Positions 1 through 8,603 are shown, counted from the first letter of the stretch. The stretch is 24,000 nt of DNA from Devosia sp. (GCA_035547675.1 DASZUI010000117.1:14390-38389); one strand, 5' to 3'. Program-made: numbers and translations. Notes: generated by a model not told the origin, from the letters alone.

Positions 1-864
1 GGCGAGCGCGCCGAAGATGGCGCCGATGGCGCTGCCGCGGCCGCCGAACAGCGAGACCCCGCCGAGCACCACGGCGGCAATGGAATAGAGCGTATAGGTC
101 GAGCCATTGGCCGAGGACGCCTCGCCGGAATAGGTGAAGAAGGTAAGGAACACGCCGCCCAGCGCCGCGAGCAGGCCGGCCAGCATATAGGCCAGGAACT
201 TGGCGCGCCGGATCGGCATGCCGGACATATAGGCCGCCGATTCGGACGAGCCGACCGCGTAGATCGTGCGGCCGATTTCCGAGCGCCGGACCGGAATCCA
301 GACGACCAGCACGATGACGAGCAGCATGACGAGGCTGGTCGGTATGAGGTCGAACAGCTTGCCGGTGAAGAAATCCGCGAGGTCCGAATTGAAATCGGGG
401 GCGCTGGCCGGCGAGGGCCGCAGCCAGAGCGCGATGCCGAAATAGACCGCGCCGGTCGCCAGCGTGACGACGATCGGCTGCAGCCGGCCGAAGATCACCA
501 CCAGCCCGTTGATCGCGCCGCAGACCGCGCCGACAAGCAGCACGCCGACGACGCCGAGGATCGCCATCGGCAGCGGGCCGATGACGACGACCGAGGCGAC
601 GCAATTGGCAAGGATGAAGACCATGCCGACGCTCAGATCGATGCCCGCGGTGAGCACCACGAAGGTCTGCGCCATGGCGACCAGCGCCAGCAGCACCCCC
701 TTATTGGCGGCCGTCTGCACCACATTGCCGACCGCCTCGACGGTGAAGCCGCTGTTCTGGATGGCCGGGTGGTTGGCGATATAGATGCCGAACATCAGGA
801 GGAAAAGCACGAGGGCCAGCAGCGCGCCGCGCTGATTAGCGAACCAGAAGCGGAACTCGCTCAT
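1..864 (-). CDS. Sugar ABC transporter permease (RbsC/XylH-like, CUT2 family). Partial: the C-terminus lies beyond the window start.
   Basis: The minus-strand frame is open from the ATG at 864 to position 1 (288 codons). My translation starts MSEFRFWFANQRGALLALVLFLLMFGIY and contains ...VLTAGIDLSVGMV..., typical of ribose/xylose-type permeases. It is hydrophobic throughout. The start overlaps the stop of the upstream ATPase (ATGA at 861-864), which suggests translational coupling. It is absent from the ORF track, probably because it runs off the window. Confidence 0.85.
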   Translation of the reverse strand, partial: MSEFRFWFANQRGALLALVLFLLMFGIYIANHPAIQNSGFTVEAVGNVVQTAANKGVLLALVAMAQTFVVLTAGIDLSVGMVFILANCVASVVVIGPLPMAILGVVGVLLVGAVCGAINGLVVIFGRLQPIVVTLATGAVYFGIALWLRPSPASAPDFNSDLADFFTGKLFDLIPTSLVMLLVIVLVVWIPVRRSEIGRTIYAVGSSESAAYMSGMPIRRAKFLAYMLAGLLAALGGVFLTFFTYSGEASSANGSTYTLYSIAAVVLGGVSLFGGRGSAIGAIFGALA

Positions 865-2411
865 GCCCCGGCCGGCGCCGGCGCCGCTCCCAGCTTGGCA
901 TTGTCGATGGAGAGCGCGCTCGCCACCAGCGCCCGCTCGGTGATCTCCGCCCCCTCCAGCGTCCGCCTCACCGCCCCGTCATACATGACGAGCACCCGGT
1001 CGCAGCAACCGATCAGCTCGTCGTAATCGGTCGAATAGAGGATGATCGCCGCGCCCTCGTCGGCCAGCCGCCGCAGCAGCTGATAGATTTCCTGCTTGGT
1101 GCCGACATCGATGCCGCGCGTGGGATCGTTGAGCAGGATGATGCGCGGGCGGCGCATCAGCCATTTGGCGATGACGATCTTCTGCTGGTTGCCGCCCGAA
1201 AGCGAGCCCGCCGGCACGGCGACGCCGTCGCTCTTGATGGCGAGAAGCTTCACCATCTTCTCGACCGCCCGCCGCTCGGCGCCGCGATCGATGATGCCGC
1301 CGCGGGAAAACAGCGGCATGGCGGCGAAGGAGAGGTTGTCGCGCACCGACATGGGCAGCATCAGCCCCTCGGTCTTGCGATCCTCGGGGATGAGCGCCAT
1401 GCCGATTTCGCCGGCGCGGGCCTGCCGGGGCGAATTGAGCCACACCGGGCGCCCGTCGACGACCACTTCGCCCGTCGTGCCGCGCAGCACGCCGAACAGG
1501 GCCAGCAGCAATTCGCGCTGCCCCTGCCCGTCTAGGCCGCCGAGGCCGACCACTTCGCCGGGCCTGACGCTGAGCGAGACGCCATTGAGGCGCGGCGCCC
1601 AGGCGAGGTCCTTCACTTCGAGCAGCGGCTTGACGCTTGCATCGGGCGCGGGCGGCTTTCTGGGGAAGACGTTGTGGTATTCGCGGCCGATCATCAGCTC
1701 CACGACCTGTTCGTCGGTCTTGGTGCCGGCCTCGTAGGTTGCAACATTCCGGCCGTTGCGGAAGACCGTGCAGGTATCGGCCAGCTCGGCGATCTCGTGC
1801 ATGCGGTGGGAGATATAGAGCAGCGCAACGCCCTCGGCCCGCAGCCGCCGGAGCACCTCGAACACCCTTGCCACATCGCTCGAGGTGAGCGCCGAGGTCG
1901 CCTCGTCGAGGATCAGCACGCGCGGCTGGCGGGCCAGCGCCTTGGCGATCTCGACGATCTGCCGTCGCGACAGGGGCAGGTCCTTGACCAGCGCGCTCGG
2001 GTGAATTTCCGCCCCGCCGGCGCGCTCCAGCGCCTCCTCGGCGAGCCGGCGCTGCGCCTTGCGGTCGATCATCCCCAGCCATTTGGGCGGGCGGGAGGCG
2101 ATGATGTTGTCGGCGACCGTCAGCTCCGGAATGAGCGACAGCTCCTGGAAAATGCAGACGATGCCCGCCGCATTGGCCGCGGCCGGATCGGGAAAGTTCA
2201 CTTCCCGCCCTTCGAGCAGCAGGCGGCCCTCGTCGGGCCTGACGACGCCCGACATGACCTTGATGAGGGTGGATTTTCCGGCGCCGTTCTCGCCCAGAAT
2301 GGCGTGGACCCGGCCCGCTTCCACGGTCAGCTCCGCCCGGTCGAGCGCCAGCACGCCGCCATAACGCTTGGTGATCCCCTCCATGCGGAAGAGCGGTTCG
2401 GTGCCTGCCAT
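861..2411 (-). CDS. Sugar ABC transporter ATP-binding protein with two fused ABC domains (RbsA/MglA-like)
   Basis: 516-aa ORF. Walker A is GENGAGKST, with signature [13 protein letters not shown] and Walker B LILDEATSAL / ILLNDPTRGID in two tandem cassettes. ATG at 2409-2411. Confidence 0.93.
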   Translation of the reverse strand: MAGTEPLFRMEGITKRYGGVLALDRAELTVEAGRVHAILGENGAGKSTLIKVMSGVVRPDEGRLLLEGREVNFPDPAAANAAGIVCIFQELSLIPELTVADNIIASRPPKWLGMIDRKAQRRLAEEALERAGGAEIHPSALVKDLPLSRRQIVEIAKALARQPRVLILDEATSALTSSDVARVFEVLRRLRAEGVALLYISHRMHEIAELADTCTVFRNGRNVATYEAGTKTDEQVVELMIGREYHNVFPRKPPAPDASVKPLLEVKDLAWAPRLNGVSLSVRPGEVVGLGGLDGQGQRELLLALFGVLRGTTGEVVVDGRPVWLNSPRQARAGEIGMALIPEDRKTEGLMLPMSVRDNLSFAAMPLFSRGGIIDRGAERRAVEKMVKLLAIKSDGVAVPAGSLSGGNQQKIVIAKWLMRRPRIILLNDPTRGIDVGTKQEIYQLLRRLADEGAAIILYSTDYDELIGCCDRVLVMYDGAVRRTLEGAEITERALVASALSIDNAKLGAAPAPAGA

Positions 2412-2433
2412 GAATTCATCCCGCCGCGGAACC

Positions 2434-2459
2434 GGCCGCCGGCGACGACGCCGGCGGCC
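2434..2459 (-). promoter_or_regulatory. Intercistronic GC-only stem-loop between the SBP and ATPase genes
   Basis: Perfect 11-bp inverted repeat GGCCGCCGGCG / CGCCGGCGGCC (2434-2444 and 2449-2459) around a 4-nt loop ACGA. On the mRNA it lies 12 nt after the SBP stop and about 22 nt before the ATPase ATG. No U-tract follows it. Confidence 0.5.
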
Positions 2460-2471
2460 ATGACTTGCGTG

Positions 2472-3611
2472 CTACTTCGTGTTTTCCTTGCTCTGGCCCA
2501 TGATTTCCTGGGCGGTGAAATTGACGCCGCAGGTAGGGAAGGAATTGCCGACGAAGAAATTGTCCGACTGGTCGGAGTAGAAATTCTCCCCGTCCTTGAA
2601 ATCGGGATCGGAGACGACGGCCAGCGGCAGCTTGATCGCCTGCGGCACCACATTGCCCTTCAAGGCGTCGATGGCGGTCTTGATGGCGACGCCGACCTGG
2701 GCCGGGCCGCTGCCGGCGGAGGTGCATTTCAGGCCGTCCGCCGCATGGGCGGCGCAGGCCTTGCGGAAGCCGTTCTCGGTTTCACCGGCGAACGGCACCC
2801 AGGGCTGGTTGGCATCCTGCATGGCGTGCACCACCCCGGTGTCCCCGCCCTGCGCGGTGATGCCGTCGAAATGGCCCTGCACGGCAAAGGCATCGGCCGC
2901 GGCCTTCTGGGCGGTGCCGTCGTCCCATTTGCCGACCGCCTCGACCACGTCCCACTTCTTGCCCGAGGCATCGAGCACCTTGTGCACGCCGTTATGGCGG
3001 TCGGTATCGACCGAGGTGCCGGCGACGCCGCGCACTTCGAGCACCTTGCCGCCATTGGGGATATGGTCGACCAGCCACTTGCCCCAGAGTTCGCCGAGGC
3101 CTTCCTGGTCGACGTCGACGTCGATGGCGTCGGTGGTATCGAGCGTATTGTCGAAGGCGACGAGCACCACGCCGGCATTCTTGGCGCGCTTGATGACCTG
3201 CGCGAAGGCTTCCGGGTTCTGGGCGTCGACGACGATGGCGTCGTAGCCGGAATCGATGAAGTTGTTGATCGCCGAAATCTGCGCCGCCACGTCCTCGCCG
3301 GTGGACACGACCTTGAATTCCTTGATGTCCTTGGCGACGTCAGGCTGGGCGGCGTAGGCCTTGGCGGTCTGCACCATCTGGATGCGCCAGGTATTGGCGA
3401 TATAGCCATTGGCAAGGGCGATGCGGTACGGCCCCTTCTTGGCCGGGAACTGCAGGAATTTGGTGTCCTGGGCCCAGGGCACATAGCACTTGGGGTCGCT
3501 CGCGGGCCCCGCGACGACCGACGGTCCCGCCGCCATCGCCGGCGCCACGGCAAACGCCATCAGCACGCCGGCGGCGGCGCCCAGGCTGAGCTTGTAGAAA
3601 GTAGAAGTCAT
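2472..3611 (-). CDS. Sugar ABC transporter periplasmic substrate-binding protein (PBP1 sugar-binding fold)
   Basis: I trimmed ORF 2472..3743 to the internal ATG at 3609-3611, which is preceded by GGGAGGGA. The N-terminus MTSTFYKLSLGAAAGVLMAFAVAPAMAAG is a Sec signal peptide. The body (RIALANGYIANTWR..., DAIVVDAQNP..., VLVAFDN) matches periplasmic sugar-binding proteins and is paralogous to the SBP at 10127..11140. Confidence 0.88.
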   Translation of the reverse strand: MTSTFYKLSLGAAAGVLMAFAVAPAMAAGPSVVAGPASDPKCYVPWAQDTKFLQFPAKKGPYRIALANGYIANTWRIQMVQTAKAYAAQPDVAKDIKEFKVVSTGEDVAAQISAINNFIDSGYDAIVVDAQNPEAFAQVIKRAKNAGVVLVAFDNTLDTTDAIDVDVDQEGLGELWGKWLVDHIPNGGKVLEVRGVAGTSVDTDRHNGVHKVLDASGKKWDVVEAVGKWDDGTAQKAAADAFAVQGHFDGITAQGGDTGVVHAMQDANQPWVPFAGETENGFRKACAAHAADGLKCTSAGSGPAQVGVAIKTAIDALKGNVVPQAIKLPLAVVSDPDFKDGENFYSDQSDNFFVGNSFPTCGVNFTAQEIMGQSKENTK

Positions 3612-3745
3612 TATTCCCTCCCTTTGCGAATGCAGCGGCCTCGAGGCCGGGAAGACTTCTCCGCAAAGCTTCGCCGTCCGCGGATGTATCGCCAAACGGC
3701 GCCTCCGCGTTGTTCTGCCAAGCCTTGTCCTGTCCTCCCGCAACG

Positions 3746-3774
3746 ACGCTATGAACGAATGAAAACCGTGTCAA
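3746..3774 (-). promoter_or_regulatory. Candidate sigma70-type promoter for the SBP-ATPase-permease operon
   Basis: The minus strand reads TTGACA (3774-3769), a 17-nt spacer, then TAGCGT (3751-3746), about 135 nt upstream of the SBP ATG. Pattern match only. Confidence 0.25.
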
Positions 3775-3961
3775 TCGACTGCGAAGGCGCTTTTAGATAA
3801 GTTGAAAGGGCTTAGCTGCCCCTCGACGGCCCTGTGCAGGGAAGATATGCGGCGGGGCGGCGATCCCGAGCGATCAATTGTGGGTATGTCCGGCGCGGCC
3901 GGCACGGGGGCGGCATCCGTGATAGAAAGCGGGCTTTCCCAAGGACAGACTCACGGGGCTG

Positions 3962-5455
3962 ATGGCTATCTCGGTTGACATGGGCACCGCCACCGGCGGC
4001 ACCACCATCGATCTGGATCTCGAGGAATTGCTGGCGACGCGCCTTCTGGTGCAGGGCAATTCCGGTTCGGGCAAATCCCACCTGCTCCGACGCCTGCTGG
4101 AGCAGAGCGCCTCACTGGTGCAGCAGATCGTGATCGACCCGGAAGGGGACTTCGTCACGCTCGCCGACAGGTTCGGGCACCTGGCGATCGATGCGGCGCG
4201 GCCCGAAGCCGAGCTGACCCGCATCGCCGGGCGCGTCCGCCAGCATCGCGTATCGGCGGTGCTCAACCTCGAAGGGCTCGATGCCGAGCAGCAGATGCGC
4301 TGCGCCGCCGCGTTTCTCGGCGGCCTCTTCGAGGCGGAGCGCGATTTCTGGTATCCCGTGCTGGTGGTGGTCGACGAGGCCCAATTGTTCGCCCCCGCCG
4401 CGGGCGGCGAGGTGGCCGACGAAGCGCGGAAGCTGTCGCTCGGCGCAATGACCAATCTCATGTGCCGCGGGCGCAAGCGCGGGCTCGCCGGGGTGATCGC
4501 GACGCAGCGGCTGGCCAAGCTCGCCAAGAACGTGGCGGCGGAGGCCTCGAACTTCCTCATGGGGCGCACCTTCCTCGACATCGACATGGCGCGGGCGGCG
4601 GACCTCTTGGGAATGGATCGCCGGCAGGCCGAAATGTTCCGCGATCTCGAGCGCGGCCATTTCGTGGCGCTCGGACCGGCCCTGTCGCGCCGGCCCGTGC
4701 CGGTGGTGATCGGGGCCGTGGAAACCAGCGCCCGGTCGGCCAATCCCAAGCTGGAACCCCTGCCGGAGACGCCCGCCGATGTCGAGGCGCTGATCTTCAC
4801 GCAACCGGCGGAGGAGCCGCTGCGCGCGGTTCGCCGGCCGCCCAGGCCCGTGGTGACGCCCACGGCCGATTTGCTCGCCCAGCTCAGCCGGCCGCGCGAG
4901 GCGGAGCCCGCGCGGGCGCCGGCCGAACTGCCCGCCATAGATGCCGCAGCGCGGGAGGCGCTGCTCGATGAAGTGATGCGGGAGGTGCTCGACGATCCGG
5001 ACAGCGGCTTCCGGACGGTCGCCGTGCTCTACCAGGATTTCCTCGTCCGCTGCCGCATCCATCGGGTGCCGGGCGAGCCGTTGGCCCTGCCGGCTTTCCG
5101 GCGGCGGCTCGCGATCGGGCGGGCGAATGTGGCGGCGGATGTCGCGGCCGGCGCGCAATGGCAGCGGGTGCTCGCGCTTTCAGAACGCCTGCCGGACGAT
5201 GTGCAGAGCGTCTTCCTCGCCATCGCGCAGGCGGCGGTGACGGGCGAGCAATGCCCGCCCGACGCGGTGCTGGCGCGCATCTATGGCACGCATTCGGTGA
5301 GCCGCGCGCGGCGTCTGCTCACCTATTTCGAGGAGCAGAACCTTGTGGTGGTGCGCACCGACTTCCATGGCCGCCGCATCGTCACCTTCCCCGACCTCGG
5401 CGTCGAGACGGCGCCCGGCGACCCCAATGGCAGCCCATCGCTGACCAACGCCTGA
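3962..5455 (+). CDS. HerA/FtsK/VirB4-like (DUF87-type) P-loop NTPase with a Pro-rich linker and an uncharacterised C-terminal domain
   Basis: 497-aa ORF. Walker A is GNSGSGKS (aa 32-39). It also has VIDPEGDF, Walker B VLVVVDEAQLF and RGRKRGLAGVIATQRLAKLAKNV..NFLMGR, which is the HerA-like motif order. The C-terminal ~230 aa has no motif I recognise. Confidence 0.75.
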   Translation: MAISVDMGTATGGTTIDLDLEELLATRLLVQGNSGSGKSHLLRRLLEQSASLVQQIVIDPEGDFVTLADRFGHLAIDAARPEAELTRIAGRVRQHRVSAVLNLEGLDAEQQMRCAAAFLGGLFEAERDFWYPVLVVVDEAQLFAPAAGGEVADEARKLSLGAMTNLMCRGRKRGLAGVIATQRLAKLAKNVAAEASNFLMGRTFLDIDMARAADLLGMDRRQAEMFRDLERGHFVALGPALSRRPVPVVIGAVETSARSANPKLEPLPETPADVEALIFTQPAEEPLRAVRRPPRPVVTPTADLLAQLSRPREAEPARAPAELPAIDAAAREALLDEVMREVLDDPDSGFRTVAVLYQDFLVRCRIHRVPGEPLALPAFRRRLAIGRANVAADVAAGAQWQRVLALSERLPDDVQSVFLAIAQAAVTGEQCPPDAVLARIYGTHSVSRARRLLTYFEEQNLVVVRTDFHGRRIVTFPDLGVETAPGDPNGSPSLTNA

Positions 5456-5469
5456 AAACTGGGCCTTAG

Positions 5470-6381
5470 CTAGTAGGTCCGGTGGCCGTTGACCATCAGA
5501 CGCACGGCGTAGACCGAGGTGGTGGCGCAGATATAGAGCACGTTGAACTTGATCCCGCCCCAGGCCACGTTGGAGACGACCTCGGGGACCTTGATCTTGC
5601 CGATCAGCGTGCCGTCCGGGTCGTAGCAGTGGACGCCGTCGGCGGCACTGGTCCAGATGCGCCCTTCGCTGTCGAGGCGGAAGCCGTCGAACAGGCCATT
5701 GGTGCAGACGGCGAACTGGCGGCCATTGGCGACGGCGTCGCCTTTTACGTCGAAGACCCGAATCTCGGCCGGATGACCGGGCTTGTGGGTGGCGCCGGTG
5801 TCGGCGACATAGAGCAGCGATTCATCGAGCGAGAAGGCCAGCCCGTTGGGGCGCACCATGTCCCGGATGACCGCGGTGATGGCGCCGCTCGCCGGATCGA
5901 TGCGATAGACATAGCAGGCGCCGATCTCGCTATCGGCCTTGTTGCCCTCGTAATCGTTGTCGATGCCATACATCGGATCGGTGAACCAGATGGAACCGTC
6001 CGATTTCACCACCACGTCATTGGGCGAATTGAGCCGCTTGCCCTCGAAGCTGTCGGCGAGGGTCACGATGGTGCCGTCATGCTCGGTGCGGCTGACGCGC
6101 CGGTTGCCATGCTCGCAGGAAACCAAGCGCCCCTGGCGGTCGACCGTGTGGCCGTTGGCATTGCCCGATGGCGCGCGGAACACCGAGACGGAGCCGTCCG
6201 TCTCGTCATAGCGCATCATGCGGTTGTTCGGGATGTCGGACCAGACCAGATAGCGCCCGCCGCCGAACCAGGCCGGCCCCTCGGCCCACACGAGGCCGGT
6301 CGCGATCTGCTGGAGATGCCCGTTGCCATTGCACAGGCGGGCAAAGCGCGGATCGATGACTTCGAAATAGTCGCTGCTCAA
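5470..6381 (-). CDS. SMP-30/gluconolactonase/LRE-family sugar lactonase
   Basis: I trimmed ORF 5470..6534 to the TTG at 6379-6381, which is preceded by GAGGGAGGG. The protein then begins (M)SSDYFEVIDPRF, as is typical for this family. Beta-propeller motifs are present: EGPAW, SDIPNNR, NGHTVDRQGRL, NSPNDVVV..DGSIWFTDP, PNGLAFS, DGFRLD. Confidence 0.85.
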   Translation of the reverse strand: MSSDYFEVIDPRFARLCNGNGHLQQIATGLVWAEGPAWFGGGRYLVWSDIPNNRMMRYDETDGSVSVFRAPSGNANGHTVDRQGRLVSCEHGNRRVSRTEHDGTIVTLADSFEGKRLNSPNDVVVKSDGSIWFTDPMYGIDNDYEGNKADSEIGACYVYRIDPASGAITAVIRDMVRPNGLAFSLDESLLYVADTGATHKPGHPAEIRVFDVKGDAVANGRQFAVCTNGLFDGFRLDSEGRIWTSAADGVHCYDPDGTLIGKIKVPEVVSNVAWGGIKFNVLYICATTSVYAVRLMVNGHRTY

Positions 6382-6439
6382 GGCAGTCCCTCCCTCATGC
6401 TTGGGCGATACGGCGCTGCGCGCGGGCAGCGGGGCGTCG

Positions 6440-6655
6440 CTATTTGCCCGCGGTCTTGCTGCGGGTTTCGACATTCTTTTCGCCGACGAACCAGTCCTCG
6501 GCGGCGACTTCCTCGAACACCACCCAGACGTCATCGGCGGGGATGCCGGTGGTGCGATTGATGGCCTCGACCACGCCGCGGGCGATTTTGTCCTTCTTGC
6601 CCGCCGGATCGTCGGCGATCTTTTCCCGAACGAGCCTGATGTTCACGAACGGCAT
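6440..6655 (-). CDS. 4-oxalocrotonate tautomerase-family protein (71 aa)
   Basis: I trimmed ORF 6440..6682 to the ATG at 6653-6655, which is preceded by GGGAGGAG. It starts MPFVNIRL, with the catalytic Pro directly after Met, and has a beta-alpha-beta sized body (...IARGVVEAINRTTGIPADDVWVVFEEV). Confidence 0.8.
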   Translation of the reverse strand: MPFVNIRLVREKIADDPAGKKDKIARGVVEAINRTTGIPADDVWVVFEEVAAEDWFVGEKNVETRSKTAGK

Positions 6656-6678
6656 GTTCTCCTCCCAGAAATTCACGA

Positions 6679-7626
6679 TCACCGCGCCGCTTTCTGTCCT
6701 CCGGCGACGGTGATGACACCTACGATGATGAGGCCGGTGAGCAGCAGCCTGAGCCCGGCGGAGAGCCCGAAGGTATTGAGCATGGTGGTGAGCAGCACCA
6801 GGAACAGCGCCGCGCCCCAGATGCCGGGCACATTCGCCTTGCCGCCCGCCACCGAGGTGCCGCCGATCACCACCACGGCGATGGAATTCAGCAGATAATC
6901 ATTGCCGATGTCGACGGTGGCGCCGCGGAAATAGCCGGCGAGCAGGGCACCGTCGATGCCGGCCAGCGCGCCAGAGAGCACATAGGTGATGAGCCGGATG
7001 CGCTCGACCGGAATGCCGGCGAGCCAGGCCGCGCGCATGTTCTGCCCGATGGCGAGCACCGAGCGCCCATAGACCAGCCGCCGCAGCGCGATGCCGGCGA
7101 GGATCGCGAACAGCGCGATCAGTATGGCGAGGAGCGGGACTCCGGCAATCTGGAAATTGGTGAAGTCGGCGAGCGCCGGCGGCGGCTTGATCTGCAGGCC
7201 GCGGCCATAGCTGATATCGACGGAAAGGACGATGAAGCTCGAGGAGAGCGTCGCAATGATCGGCGGAATCCGCAATACGCGGATCAGCGCGTAATTGAAG
7301 AGCCCCACCACCGCGCCGCTCGCCAGGGCGGCAAGCAGGCCGAGCACGATCAGGTGGTCGTCCCCGCCCATGGTTTTCATGGCGACGGCGCTGGCGAGGC
7401 CGATATTGGCGGGCAGCGACAGATCGACATTGCCCGGCCCGAGGGTGATCACGAACATCTGCCCGATGCCGACGATCACCATGAAGACGGCGAGCGACAG
7501 CGCGGCGGTGACGATGCCGCCGGCGCCATAGCCGCCCGTAAAGGCGATCGTCGCCATGAAGACCAGCGCGGCGCCGATGAAGCTCCAGATCCAGGGCTGG
7601 GCGAGAAGCCTGCGCATGACGGTCAT
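6679..7626 (-). CDS. Sugar ABC transporter permease (CUT2 family)
   Basis: I trimmed ORF 6679..7704 to the ATG at 7624-7626, which overlaps the upstream permease stop (ATGA). It is a hydrophobic multi-TM protein (MTVMRRLLAQPWIWSFIGAALVF...GNVDLSLPANIG...). Confidence 0.88.
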   Translation of the reverse strand: MTVMRRLLAQPWIWSFIGAALVFMATIAFTGGYGAGGIVTAALSLAVFMVIVGIGQMFVITLGPGNVDLSLPANIGLASAVAMKTMGGDDHLIVLGLLAALASGAVVGLFNYALIRVLRIPPIIATLSSSFIVLSVDISYGRGLQIKPPPALADFTNFQIAGVPLLAILIALFAILAGIALRRLVYGRSVLAIGQNMRAAWLAGIPVERIRLITYVLSGALAGIDGALLAGYFRGATVDIGNDYLLNSIAVVVIGGTSVAGGKANVPGIWGAALFLVLLTTMLNTFGLSAGLRLLLTGLIIVGVITVAGGQKAAR

Positions 7627-8603
7627 CGGCTGGTCCTCCGGCCGATGAGCGCGCGCGCCGCCAGCACGACGATGAGGATCACGCCATTGGCGGCGGCGGC
7701 CCAATCGGGCGGGATGTGCATGAAGGTGAGGAGGGGCGAGGCGGCGAGCGCCAGGGTCAGCGCGCCGATGACGGCGCCGATCGGCGAGACACGCCCGCCG
7801 ACGAATTCGCCGCCGCCGAGAATGACGCCGGCGATCGAGAGCAGCGTATAGCCATTGCCGATATTGGCATCCGCCGAGGTGGTATTGCCGATGAGCGCCA
7901 TGCCCGAGAACACGCCGAAAAGGCCCGCGAGCCCGAACATCGTCACCTTGATCCTGAGCAGCGACCAGCCGGCGCGGCCCACCGCCTGCGCATTGCCGCC
8001 GGCGCCGCGCAGCACCGCGCCGTAGGAACTCTTCATGAGCGCGAAGTGGACGACCAGCGCGATCACTATGGCGGCCACGATCGGAAAGGGAATGACCGGC
8101 GGCTTGAAACCCATGATCGCCAGCAGCCAGTCCGGCGCCTTGCCGCCGGGCTTGGGCAGCACGAGAATGGCGAGCCCCTGCCAGACGAAGCTCATGCCGA
8201 GCGTCACCACGATGGAGGGCAGGTTGCGCAAGTGAATGAGGGCGCCGAGCGCGGCATAGACGATAATGGAGAGGAGCAGGATGGCGACGCCGACGGCCGG
8301 CGCGTCATGCAGCCAGGTGGCGGTTATGCAGCCGACAAAGCTCACGAAATAGCCGATCGACAGGTCGAGCTCGTTGACCGTGATGACGAACATCTGCGCG
8401 ATCGTCGCCAGGGCGATCGGAATGGCCAGGTTCAGCATCAGGCTGAAGCCGAAATAATTGATGGCGCGCGGATTGAGCCAGGCGATAGCGGCGAGGATCA
8501 GGACCAGCGACAGCGCCGGCAGCAGCTGGCGCAGCAGCACGGCGCGGCCGGACGAACGGCCCGGCCCGCTGCCCAGGCCGGCGGTGGCGGGGGTGGCGGT
8601 CAT
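7623..8603 (-). CDS. Sugar ABC transporter permease (CUT2 family)
   Basis: 326-aa hydrophobic ORF (..TVNELDLSIGYFVSF.., ..GGRVSPIGAVIGALTL..). The ATG at 8601-8603 overlaps the ATPase stop by 1 nt (TGATG). Confidence 0.9.
   Translation of the reverse strand: MTATPATAGLGSGPGRSSGRAVLLRQLLPALSLVLILAAIAWLNPRAINYFGFSLMLNLAIPIALATIAQMFVITVNELDLSIGYFVSFVGCITATWLHDAPAVGVAILLLSIIVYAALGALIHLRNLPSIVVTLGMSFVWQGLAILVLPKPGGKAPDWLLAIMGFKPPVIPFPIVAAIVIALVVHFALMKSSYGAVLRGAGGNAQAVGRAGWSLLRIKVTMFGLAGLFGVFSGMALIGNTTSADANIGNGYTLLSIAGVILGGGEFVGGRVSPIGAVIGALTLALAASPLLTFMHIPPDWAAAANGVILIVVLAARALIGRRTSR

Noticed and set aside
3612-3743. N-terminal extensions of several track ORFs: 2472..3743, 5470..6534, 6679..7704, 10127..11197, 11309..12283, 12674..13273 and 14079..14516.
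   Set aside because: In each case an internal start with a good Shine-Dalgarno gives a canonical N-terminus. That is either a signal peptide, a family-typical first residue such as Pro1 of the tautomerase, or an ATGA/TGATG coupling. The upstream extensions are Arg/Pro-rich and run through intergenic or neighbouring-gene sequence.
1674-3800. A 708-aa plus-strand ORF spanning the first ATPase and SBP genes. Similar ORFs lie at 979..2082 (-), 1096..1737 (+) and 2729..3553 (-).
   Set aside because: These are antisense or out-of-frame shadow ORFs, which are typical of high-GC DNA. The translations are Arg/Gly/Ala/His/Asp-rich with no motifs. The opposite-strand frames encode unmistakable ABC ATPase and SBP proteins.
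3750-3800. A possible LacI-type operator near TGAAAACCGTGTCAATCGA upstream of the first ABC operon.
   Set aside because: It has no convincing dyad symmetry, and there is no LacI-family gene in the window to support it.
3874-5158. Minus-strand ORFs 3874..4938 (354 aa) and 4112..5158 (348 aa) opposite the HerA-like gene.
   Set aside because: They have no motifs and extreme Arg/Ser/Ala/Pro content. The plus-strand frame carries ordered Walker A and Walker B HerA-type motifs.
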